The notes below the pieces were generated by a model. The model made no database searches and was not told the DNA's origin. It saw only the letters and a program-made list of their open reading frames with translations. DNA of 63,332 nt, the filler included, from Globobulimina sp. (Eukaryota), in NCBI GenBank assembly GCA_003354225.1. It is 14 parts of 14 records of this genome, joined end to end, with 100 filler letters (N's around TTAATTAATTAA, not from the genome) between each part and the next. Parts side by side here need not be neighbours in the genome. Positions count along the whole stretch, not along the records: positions 1 to 4,441 come from PIVH01001245.1; positions 4,542 to 8,982 come from PIVH01001246.1; positions 9,083 to 13,515 come from PIVH01001247.1; 11 more parts are not named here. One strand, given 5' to 3'. The stretch's first letter is position 1. Every line of letters begins with the position of its first letter. The position numbers and the translations under genes are program-made. Positions 1-11,188 of this stretch are shown one piece after another.

Positions 1-41
1 ACAGAATAATCCTTATGGTAAATGGGTCCCTCCCATATCAG

Positions 42-1863
42 TTATCTGACTCTGCTACGCAGAGGACGATGGCTCGCAACGCTCCGCGTTGCTCCCCGTT
101 CCAAATCTCCAGCATAACCAATTTGATCCAAAAATTCACAGAAATTACTATCTGGCTCCACAAATGTTGACTTTGCTACAAACTCATCAACACCAGCAAT
201 ACTCAAAAAATTACCTTTTTTTTTGGCTTTCTTTTTATTTCTATATTTTGGCCATACATGATAGCCATTGTCATTTGGATTCAATTTTTTTACATAATTC
301 GACCATAACCTTTGCATTTCTTTCCCTATGACAAGGGTATCATTGTCGAATAAATCATGTTCCGTAAACATTGGCGCTGTAAACAAATAAAAAATATCCG
401 TGTCATGACATGTGTTGCTGCGACACGCCACATAAGCATCAGAGTTCCATATTACTTTTGTGAATAATTCTTCATCCACTACATCAAAACTATAATAAAA
501 AATATCTTTTTTGTGTTTTAAATTAATATTTGACAATACATTGCGTATCGCGCATATATACGCATCATTACTTATTACACCCATATCATATAAATAACTG
601 CTCGAATGCGGACTCGTTTCTGTAGCACCATAAAAATCTAAAATCTGCCTCGTTATGCCCTCGTCCATAATGGATGCGTAAAAGGTGGCAAATAATGCAT
701 CATAGCCATAGTAACCTTCGTATCGAAGATCTACAAAATAAAAAGTCTCCTCTTTTGTGTTTCCAATGATAAATGGCGGAGTTTCGACATCACCGTTTTG
801 CCATTCATGAACAGGATCATTTGGCAGCAGCTCTGTATGCACGGTGGGAGTCCACGTAACAGCGGAGGCCCAATTCCTTGTTAATACACCGTCTGGGAAC
901 TCAGATTCAGCCAATTGAACTTGCAAAATTTCATCTGCATCAACAGATCGCCAACAATCTAATAACTCATCATCATCATCGTCAGAATAAGCAGAAGCAG
1001 TGCAATTAATGAGTTTGCTGAATTGTTGGGGAACATCATACCATGTGATTGGATCGCGGAGTGCAGTCGAAAAGTGTGGTGAATGCATGATGCCTGCTTT
1101 GATGTACTGAGGGTTGAATAATAAATGGAGTGCGACTGATACAGCACCCGATGAGACACCGGCAACCACAATGTTCTCTTTATTACCGCCGAAATGATGA
1201 ATATTTTCGTATACCCATTTGATTGCTAATAGCTGGTCTTGTATGCCATAATTGCCACGCAAGCCGGTATTGAATGTATTATCGTAAAGAAAACCCATTA
1301 TACCGACCCTGTAATGCACCGAAACAAAAATTATATCACCAATATTTTGCACAAAATTGGAAGGGTCATCTGTCGCATCATCACCTTCTCCGCTATCAAA
1401 CGAGCCGCCATGTATCCATACTATTACTGCATAATTAGATTCGCAATGTGCATCTACAGGCGTCCATATGTTTAAATATAAGCAATCTTCAGATTCATAG
1501 AAGCAATCATCCGGTGCGCAGCCTTGTAAACATGCCGGTACCTAATTAGTATTATATATTATTACACGTGTATAGCATAAATATATATATATAGATAATT
1601 TATATTTATACGTCTTGTTCTTTTGCATCCAAAGTAGATTGCCATGCATCTGCTGGCTGTGGTGCTGTCCACCTTAAATCATCTATTGGTGGTTTCGCAT
1701 ATGGAATTTTTTTAAATTGAGCTACGCCAATACTATTAACTTCCCCTTCTACATCACCATAATCAGTGTGAACTATCATTCCATTGGCGTGGGTATCAAA
1801 ATATACAGTGATTAGCAAATATACAGTAATTAGCATGTTAGTGATGCTACCTAAAGAAAGCAT
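42..1863 (-). CDS. Type-B carboxylesterase/lipase (alpha/beta hydrolase), secreted; 2 exons
   Basis: Signal-like N-terminus and G.VEG..FKKIPYAKPP.DDLRW.AP in exon 1. GT..AG intron 1611-1542. Exon 2 has EDCLYLNIWTP, VWIHGG, YRVGIMGFL, GNYGIQDQ and the nucleophile elbow GVSSG. Confidence 0.93.
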
Positions 1864-2489
1864 GCGGGAATCTGTTTTAATGTTTTTTATTTAACACTTT
1901 TCTGATGACTAGCTCACCTCAATTATTCTAAACACATTATATATCATTCATGATATATCATTCAATTTTATCTCAAACAGTTATTATTTTTAAACCAAAC
2001 AAGAATGCGAATTTATCTGGAATTTCAGAAATTGGATAGTATATCTGTAAGTCTCTGTCACGAAAAGTAAATTAGAAGTCACGAATAGAAAATAAAATTC
2101 ACGACAAGGACAAGAATCCATGAACTTTAAGGATTTAGGGATTTGATACTGCGTAATACCTTCAAATCATTAAAGTTTAATTCCACGACAATGATTGTTG
2201 GAAAAATGATTGTTGAAAAAACTAGTTTAAAAAAACGTTGCTATATATACGGGAGTAAAGGATTTGGCCTCGCCGCCCTCGCTAGAGATTATCTAACTAT
2301 CTTGTGTATATTCATACTTTTTTTTTTATTTTTGTTTTAATGGCCTCAATTAGATAAAATAGAGTGAAAAAAAGTAGACATAAAAATAATACATCAACAC
2401 ATTCATGAACACAAACCATACATCTTAATTAAAAATAAAAAAAAATCCTATACTCTTCACAACAATAAAACAGTGCAGAGAATTAATTT

Positions 2490-4302
2490 TCAATTAATTG
2501 CAAAAATATCATGATCCTCATCCTCATCCTCCGCTGGTAAGACATCCTCTGCTTCATCCAACTGCAATAAATGTGTATCATTTTCGTTTCCACCATCCAT
2601 AATATCAAATAAATGTTCATCCTCACTCGTATCCCCATTATGTGCCAATAAATTTACATTCTCATTCTTATGCTTGGACAATGATGATGGCAATATTGGC
2701 AATATGGATTTCGGTGCAATGTTATCATTTTGTTCCCATGAATCATATGCAACATTACTAATACTCGCTGCATTACTTGTCATTCTCGCTGCGGTTAACA
2801 TTGTTCCTCCATCCGCCCCTTCCAATGGATACGGTGATATCGAGGATATAATATCTTGACTCTTTCCATCATTCTTCGCTTCATTCACAGCATCATCCAA
2901 AATCTTCTTTTTTTTCCAACAATACCATGCAAAAAAAAACCCCGAACCACAGAAACACAAAAATAAAAACACCAATGCTCCGATCAAACCAGCAATCAAC
3001 GATGTATTCACAGTGTCATCTGGCTTTGCTAGAGGTATATAAATATAGTCCATTTCAGTTGGTGATATTGTTGGGTTTTGTGTCTGTGATGGATTAGATG
3101 TCGGTGATTCAGTGGGGTCGTCACTTGGTGATAGTGATGGATTATTAGTAGGTGATACAGTGGGTATTGTCGTAGGCATATCACTTGGTGATAATGTTGG
3201 AAGTTTGGTTGGCGATGATGATGGTATTTCTGTAGGAGATGATGAAGGTATTGGTGTAGGGGATGGTGTTGGTGTCGGGGTCGGATCAGTTGTAGGCGAA
3301 TCGGTTTGCAATTTACAGCTATATATATCCGATATATACGAACCAGATTGAATTAATTCAACCACAGTCACACATACCAAGTAGCGATTGAATATACATT
3401 GTTTGTGTTTGAGCTACGGGCATAACATCGATCATTATTTATCCACCAACCACTGTTAATATTTACATTAAAAACATGCTCTTTCACTTACATGCTTAGA
3501 TATTACATAACTTTGGCAGATGGTAACCAAATGCGCTGCAACCAGACATAAAATATCCAGACGGACATGACACCGTTGACAATGGATGCGTAGGTGATCC
3601 ATAACGAGTAATACAGGTCAGACTATATGTGGGTGATCTGCAGCAGGCTAAATTTGCTTTGACACCGCGTCCGCTCTGACCATTCTGTGCAGTGCATTGA
3701 TTATATGAGGGATAGTTATAAGTATCAAAGTGAGATATGGAATCTGGAGAAACGGAACGGGATCCAACAAATGCACCATCTAATTTGGCCCATGGCGTAT
3801 GCACTGTGCAACCGAGCAATATGTTATGTGTTGTACCGCAGGATGTGGTTATATATGCATCATCGGCGCTGCTTGAATAGGAGGAACTGGATAGATATTG
3901 ACAAGTTATGTCACTTGGAATGAAATTGCAACATCTTGCATATGCATATACACCGAGCCCATCGTTTGCATTATTGGAATAACAGCGGGTTGGAACGATA
4001 CTGGTTAATGCGGAATTGTTTGTGTTTAAATGGTGTGTGAAGAGGAGTGGGGACTGGGGAACATACCTTGGATCAATATGTGTTCCATCAAAAACTGCTC
4101 CTAACGGATCATGTGTTTTTCCACCACATGATACTAATGTACTGTGTGATGAGGGACACTCTGCAGATGTTCTGGCATCATCATTGTTTGTGGATTTCGC
4201 TGATGTGGTTGTGATACAGTCCACATTAGCTAACACTTGGTATGTAGACGTGTACAACACGACTGTTAATATTAATACTAAAAAATAATTAGTTGTTGTC
4301 AT
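2490..4302 (-). CDS. Type I membrane protein: three PCSK9-C-terminal-like Cys-rich modules + Pro/Thr/Ser stalk + TM helix + acidic tail
   Basis: Signal peptide from ATG 4302. Introns 4066-4001 (in-frame), 3511-3453 and 3377-3319 join ORFs 3496..4359 and 2490..3380. Modules end in VYAYARCC, VKANLACC and VYSIATCC, followed by SPT repeats and TM helix LIAGLIGALVFLFLCFCGSGFFFAW. Confidence 0.75.
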
Positions 4303-4441
4303 GCCGATGACTTGAAATATGTTTGTAATTGTAGGATTGCAATTGATTAGAGGTACCAAGTGAGCGGAAGGTATTATTTACTTACTTCAAAAAGTTTTTT
4401 TACTATATTATACAACAAAACAAATCCCATCCAAAGGAAGC

Positions 4442-4541
4442 NNNNNNNNNNNNNNNNNNNNNNNNNNNNNNNNNNNNNNNNNNNNTTAATTAATTAANNN
4501 NNNNNNNNNNNNNNNNNNNNNNNNNNNNNNNNNNNNNNNNN
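4442..4541. other. Artificial contig linker (N44 + TTAATTAATTAA + N44); first of 13
   Basis: Identical 100-nt spacers at 4442, 8983, 13516, 18048, 22580, 27111, 31642, 36172, 40701, 45229, 49756, 54282 and 58808. The 12-mer gives stops in all six frames, and contig lengths never increase along the window (4441 down to 4425). Confidence 0.99.
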
Positions 4542-4592
4542 ATATCATTTAATAATCTTTCACCCATACAACAAACAAAAAGATTACATGAA

Positions 4593-5399
4593 ATGTTTAA
4601 ATTTGAGATCAATAAGTACTTTGTTTCTAAATTAGATAAAAACAATAAAAGACCGATAAATGCCGCCCAAACGATTCAAATCATCAACAAACTGTATAAA
4701 TCAATGCATGATTCTCTTGTTAATTTCATTCAAATTGGTGCATGTAATGCGAATTTCGATGCGGTTGGATATAACGATCCGTTTCAAAAAATAATAATCC
4801 GCAATAAAGTGTATCATGGCGTGATGATAGAACCTGTGCCATATTTATTTAATGATTTGGTCAAAAATATGAATAACTACATTGGTAACAACAGTCAACG
4901 GATTTTATTTTTAAATGCGGCTTTTAATGAAAATGACGGAATGCAAATATTTTATTCAGTAAACGTTGAGAGATTGTTTGAGGATCAAGTCACGCAGAGT
5001 ACTGATGCTCTGAATCAAATTGGATCTTTTTTCAAGCAACATTTGGTAAAACACTTAGCAAAATTACGGAAAAGGAAACACGAATTTGATTATTACATCG
5101 ATGAGATCCATGTAAAGACATTAAGTGCGAAAAGTATTTGGAATTTGTATATAGAGAATGGGGAATATGGCAGAGATGGTACTATTGATATCGTTGAAAT
5201 CGACGCAGAAGGATATGATCATATTGTTGTTAAAGCATTTTTAAAGGATAATATTTTACCTTTGGTGATTATTTATGAAAATTTGCATTTGACTGTAGAG
5301 GATGAACAAAATATGATTGATTTGTTGAATGCCAAAGGATATATTAGTTTTAAATATGGTTGGAATTCAATTGCCATTCGTTTTGCAAATCTAGTTTAA
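4593..5399 (+). CDS. FkbM-family SAM-dependent methyltransferase (possibly 5'-truncated)
   Basis: Motifs FIQIGA, MIEPVPYLF, FLNAA, IDIVEIDAEGYD and IIYE, typical of FkbM/Methyltransf_21. Confidence 0.85.
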   Translation: MFKFEINKYFVSKLDKNNKRPINAAQTIQIINKLYKSMHDSLVNFIQIGACNANFDAVGYNDPFQKIIIRNKVYHGVMIEPVPYLFNDLVKNMNNYIGNNSQRILFLNAAFNENDGMQIFYSVNVERLFEDQVTQSTDALNQIGSFFKQHLVKHLAKLRKRKHEFDYYIDEIHVKTLSAKSIWNLYIENGEYGRDGTIDIVEIDAEGYDHIVVKAFLKDNILPLVIIYENLHLTVEDEQNMIDLLNAKGYISFKYGWNSIAIRFANLV

Positions 5400-5613
5400 G
5401 TGTACATCATTGATACGTTTCCAATAGATTTTATTCATTCGCAGTGGTAACAATCTTTGTAATAATGTCAGTGCGTGCATTTTCGATCTAAAAGAAAAAC
5501 TTTAACTTCAAACCTTATTAACATTAATTCATCTTTCTCCATTGTCTCGTGTCAAACTCTTATCTAATTTTCCATCCAAACATTAATTAACAACCAAATC
5601 ATCAATCACAACC

Positions 5614-6987
5614 ATGTCAAACGAAGAAGACTGTCCAGTCGTAATTGATAACGGAAGTGGTATGGTAAAAGCAGGATTCGCAGGTGATGATGCTCCTCGA
5701 TCTGTATTTCCATCATTAGTGGGTCGCCCAAGACACCAAAATGTTATGGTTGGAATGGGGCAAAAAGACACTTATGTTGGTGATGAAGCGCAATCAAAGA
5801 GAGGTATACTGTCATTACATTATCCAATCGAACATGGAATTATCACATCATGGTATGTATGCATTCTACTTTTATTACACGCAACTTTTATTACACGCAA
5901 CGTTTTCGCATCATCGCATGCTATTAATCGCAGCACGCGCGTTTTCAAGTGTTTTTATGTTTATTTTTCTTTATAAAATGACTTTATACATAAGTATCGT
6001 GCAATAATCACTTTATAGCGTGCAATAATCATCTTTATAGCGTGCAATAATCCCTTTATAGCGTGCATTAATCACTCTTTTTTTAACATTAACAGGGATG
6101 AGATGGAAAAAATTTGGCACCATACATTTTACAATGAATTACGTATAGCACCAGAAGAACATCCAATGTTATGTACAGAAGCACCCTTAAATCCAAAAGC
6201 AAATCGCGAGAAAATGTGTTCAATAATGTTCGAAACATTCAATACACCCTCATTTTATGTAGCAATCCAAGCAGTATTAAGTTTATACGCATCTGGCAGA
6301 ACAACAGGAATTGTATTAGATGCTGGTGATGGCGTAACACACACTGTGCCCATTTACGAAGGTTATTGTTTGCCGCATGCAGTAAAAAGAATGAATTTAG
6401 CCGGACGTGATATCACTGAATATTTACAAAAGATTTGCCATGAACGAGGTTATTCATTTACAACATCAGCAGAAAAAGAAATTGTGCGCGATATTAAAGA
6501 AAAATTGGCTTATGTTGCCTGTGATTTTGAGGAGGAAATGTCAAAAAGTGAAACATCCTCTGAACTTGAAAAGAATTATGAATTACCAGATGGGCAAATG
6601 ATAACAATTGGCAGTGAAAGATTTCGATGCGCGGAGGCATTGTTTAAACCAAGTTTGTTAGGTTTAGAGCATGAGGGAGTTCACAAATTAACATTTGAAT
6701 CAATTATGAGGTGTGATGTTGATATAAGAAAAGATTTGTATGCGAATTTAGTATTAAGTGGTGGCTCAACAATGTTCGATGGCATTGCTGAGAGAATAAC
6801 AAAAGAAATGAATGTTTTGGTTCCTGAATCGATGAAAGTAAAATGTATTGCTCCGCCAGAAAGAAAGTATTCGGTATGGATTGGTGGCTCAATATTAGCG
6901 TCGTTGTCGACATTTGAAGAAATGTGGATTTCAAAAGAAGAATATGATGAAGCTGGACCAAACATTGTACATAGAAAATGTACATAA
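5614..6987 (+). CDS. ACT: Actin; 2 exons
   Basis: [53 protein letters not shown] and C-terminal IVHRKC. Intron 5853-6095 (GTATGT..AACAG) restores [11 protein letters not shown]. Confidence 0.99.
5995..6076. repeat. Short tandem repeat (~21-23 bp, CTTTATAGCGTGCAATAATC) inside the actin intron
   Basis: Three near-identical copies plus one partial copy, read directly. Confidence 0.85.
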
Positions 6988-7375
6988 AATACTTTATTTT
7001 TTTTTTGTTATGAAAAACGTTAATATTTTACTTGAGTTATAATGTGTCTAGATTTACCTGTTCGTCTCCAGTCCAGCATTCATTTCATTCTTTTCGAACC
7101 ATATTCATAATTCATTCATATCTCTCTGATAATCCTCCGTTTTGAATATGGATTCTTCGATCACCACCATTCGTTAATACGTTGCCGCCAATATGTTGCG
7201 GGATTTTGATATTGTTTATATTGCGAATCGACTTTAATCTCTGATTCTCTGTCGTAATAATACGGCTAACCGTATGCGTTTGGCTCATTGTATCGTTAGT
7301 TTGTGAGACGGATCGTGATGATTCTTCAGTGTGGAAGATCTATCGGATTCTAACTATGTGGAAACATTGGAATTA

Positions 7376-7540
7376 GAGGTTTGAGAGGTTGAGAGGTTCA
7401 GAAGTTTAGGCATTCAGAGGTTGGGATGTTCGGAAGTTGGTTGGAAAAAGTATCGTAGAATTGGATTCGTGTTGCAATAATAATTCAACTTCTGAACCTC
7501 TCAACTTCTCAACGCCTAAACTTCCGAACCTCTCAAACAT
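7376..7540. repeat. Imperfect ~55-bp inverted repeat built from 8-bp units (GAGAGGTT/CAGAAGTT)
   Basis: GAGAGGTTCAGAAGTT on the left is mirrored by AACTTCTGAACCTCTC, and GAAGTTTAGGC by GCCTAAACTTC, around a ~45-bp spacer. Confidence 0.75.
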
Positions 7541-7928
7541 CTGACTTAAATGCATTTCTTTCATTGATTGTGCAGTACATCTTGAATGGCGGTCATACAA
7601 ATTGCATTCTTAGTTGGAAAAAATAGTTGAGCCTGGTACAATGGCTGCGAAGGACGAGAAATCAGAGTCCATTCATATTACTACATTGCAGGTCACTATT
7701 TCATCTGTTGACGATGATTTTCAATCAAAGCCACCAACACCGGAAGTTATTCATGTTGTTCTTTTTATTATTAATCGATAACAAATTACGTACCACACAT
7801 TCAGGCAACAAGTCCATTGTGCTCAGCACCCATCAAATCAATGCAAAATGTTTGTTTACATTGTTCTGTGACATTTTGGACTGATTACCAGATAAATATA
7901 TCATTTCCAGACATCTCCCAAACCACAA

Positions 7929-8982
7929 TTGAAAATACAACGAAGTACGAGATGGATAAATGCAACACATGAAATAGATACAATTGATAATTATACACTG
8001 ATCGAATTAATAAAAGATATAAAAGACCGGTACCTAAAAAAACACCGCTCCCTCAACAATACATTAGCTTTACACAAACATATATTTAAAGCATTAAAAT
8101 GTGATTCTGGAAGCTCTGTTGACGTCTATCTACAGACCCGAATTAAAAACGCTATTCGCGAAATATACCGTCAACAGGGACTCCAGACTGATGATAAACG
8201 TTCAGAGAATATCAATGAATTACATGTTTATGACGGAAAAGAGGATGAAAAAAATAGTGCTCAATGTAATCAATCGTTCATTCAGTTGGATACTAACACA
8301 ATGAATGAAATCCAACGTGTATTTACCTCAAAAATGGCGAAATTATTGCCTGATAAATCTCACTTATATCAGCTTAAAATACAATGTACAGACGAACTCT
8401 GCACGCAACGCCTTAAAGAATCCAAGAATTCGAATGAGTTTCTTAGCAAATGTCCCTGTATTGAGAGAGTGTGTGTTTTCCTTGAAATATATCATAGATT
8501 TCATGTTGAATTAAACATTGCAAATGCTGTCAATGTTAAGTTGTATTATATTTGAATGACAACCTATGATAAATTAAACCATCACAGATTTCTGATCATT
8601 TGCAAAGTAATGGGTACAGTTATTATATGTTATTGGATGATTTTGAGCACATTCAATTATCTCATATGGGACGTCAAGACCATAAGATGCAAAAACTGCT
8701 TTGTCAGGCAATTAGCGATAAATATCCATGTAATCCATCAGAGTGTTACAATCTTATCAGACACAATAAACATCGAAAACGCAGGCACAGTGCGCGCAGA
8801 AACAGATATTCTAAACATACAAATTGTAGTTTGCAGACAGATAACAATTACAAACCAAGTGTTTCTGTGTTAAAGTTATCAGTGAGCCCACCAGAAACAA
8901 CCAAATTTGTGAAATGCAGCAGCAAAGATATGGCATTCAGTCAATTATGGGATTCTATACATTGCTATTTCTTGCAGTTACG
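7929..8982 (+). CDS. Hypothetical protein, spliced, 3'-truncated
   Basis: ORFs 7929..8555 and 8600.. are linkable by a short GT..AG intron near 8536-8588; no recognisable domain. Confidence 0.45.
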
Positions 8983-9082
8983 NNNNNNNNNNNNNNNNNN
9001 NNNNNNNNNNNNNNNNNNNNNNNNNNTTAATTAATTAANNNNNNNNNNNNNNNNNNNNNNNNNNNNNNNNNNNNNNNNNNNN

Positions 9083-9544
9083 AATGGAGTAATATATATT
9101 TAATGTTTGTTCAATTTCGCGGGTATAGCCATAAATTAAATGAGTGGTATCTTCATTGACATTGGTCAGTGTTTCATTTATTTGTTTTTGAGTCGGATAT
9201 ATATATTTTTTTCGGTTTTTCTTTTTTTTGCGTTTGTTGGTAGATGAAAGATGTTCAGACTATTATGTTTTGTTTAGAATATACGAGAAATTAGTTTTAA
9301 AGCATGTATGATGTAAACCCATGTAATTACATACTTTCATATCTTCAGCTTTAGTTAAATACTTTTGCACCTTTTTTTTTATTGCCGCTCGTACGTTTGC
9401 ATTTTTCTCATATTTTAATGCAGTCAGAAGGTATTGAATACCCATTGTATATAAAGGTAATGCTTCGGAATATTGCTCTTCAGTTTCTTTCATAATTGCG
9501 TTTTTAATAAGTTCACAACCTTTGCGAACAAAATTGGATGCCAT
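9083..9544 (-). CDS. MIT-domain protein (Vps4-type MIT), 3'-truncated
   Basis: MASNFVRKGCELIKNA..EQYSEALPLYTMGIQYLLTALKYEKN...IKKKVQKYLTKAE is a MIT three-helix pattern. Intron donor GTATGT at 9334; the next exon is open to the contig end. Confidence 0.8.
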
Positions 9545-9598
9545 TTTGTCTGTTAAAATGTGATTTTTACAGCTTCGGTTTTTTCGCAAGTCTTAAAC

Positions 9599-10538
9599 AT
9601 GGGACAGAATTTCTGTGCTTGCTCAGTGCAATATGTTAAAGGATACGATGCTTTGCCAGACCGTATCGCAGATGTCGAATATTCAACGGTTCGAAAAGAT
9701 TCATTTGGAAGTCTGAAATCACATAAAATTGTGACGACAATATCAATGTCACCATTATATCCACAGACTACAAGAAAACGCAAAACTAATAAAAAATTAG
9801 ATATTGTACCGCCAATTGATATGGATAATTTTGAAGAAATCAATAATTTATGTATCAATAAAACATTTGTATTGTATGAAGAAGGTATTTGTACTAAGTC
9901 TGATGGCGAATCGAGTGTATTAAACACAATAACAACTGGAAATATGCTTGATATGGAAATTGACGGCACATCAAACATTTTAGACAATAAATTCCAATTA
10001 AACCATATTATATCACGAGCGCCAGCAAAATATCACATCATGAAATGGAAAATGGTGTATTCTTTATTGAACCATGGCTGTTCAATGCAAACTTTTTATG
10101 GAAATACGCAACATTTTGATCAATCCATTCTTATTATAAAGGATCAATCGCATAATGTTAATTTGTTAATTTGTTTTTTGCGTTTTAGTTATATTGATTT
10201 TTTTATTACAGGTTTTTGGTGCATTTATCGATAGCAAATGGAAAGCAGAATATGCGCATTATAATGGATCAAGGAATTGTTTTGTTTATAGATTTGAATT
10301 TGAGGATAACGAATATTCTCTTTTTGAATATCATTCCAGTGGAACGAAGCCATATTTTTTACAGAGTGATTATAATGGCATTACAATCGGCGCAGGAGAA
10401 TGCCCTGCGATTTATATTGAAAAAAACCTATTGATGGGCAGAACTGCAAAATCTGATACATTTGATAGTGAACCTTTATCACCAAACACGATATTTCAAA
10501 TTCAAGATATCGAGATTTGGGCTCCTTTTTTTGAATGA
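9599..10538 (+). CDS. TLDc-domain protein (OXR1-like), probable N-myristoylation/palmitoylation; 2 exons
   Basis: WKMVYSLLNHGCSMQTFY, IIKD..NVFGAF, YNGSRNCFVY, GITIGAG, TFDSEPLS and IEIW. Intron 10157-10211. N-terminus MGQNFCAC. Confidence 0.9.
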
Positions 10539-11188
10539 ATGAATGTTAAATAAACTGTAAAGTGGTTTGGGGTTTTGTAAACAATTAAAATGTCCGTTAC
10601 CAGTTTTTGTTAGTCAGACTCTCCCCGCTTTGATTCTGATCATGGCATAATGCTTTATCGTCAAAACAATGCCAACCACACCGCACATTATCAATATCAG
10701 CAATGTCCATACACGAAATGTCATAGTATTTGATCCGCCCTTTTTTTGTATTTTTTTTACAGAGAAATTATCCTCGAAATGATTGTTAGAAACATACCAA
10801 TTGATCTAAACCAACACAAATAATTATCAACGCAACTGCCAGTATTCCCAATGCGACATAAATGAATTTTCTTGTGTAGAGACAGATTATTTGCTATGTT
10901 ATTTTCCGGAAACAATAAGCATTCAATATTTAACTGAGGCTGTTGTATAAGAATTCCGATGAAGCACAATAAAATGGAGATCACCAGCATCACCAGAAAA
11001 ATAATAACTTCATCACTAACTTCCCATATAATCACTGACGCATATTGTTATCATATTAATTTACGCTTTAACACAATTAAAAACATGTACATACAAAAAA
11101 ATGACCATACATTGTGTCATTCCGATGTAATCCAATGATTTAATCTTGGTGTTTTAGTTAAAACTTTTTACTTAATTAAAACGTCAAC

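Noticed and set aside
3112..3351. Gly/Val/Asp-rich ORF and many other short antisense ORFs in the track
   Set aside because: Shadow frames of real genes, here the reverse complement of the Pro/Thr/Ser stalk.
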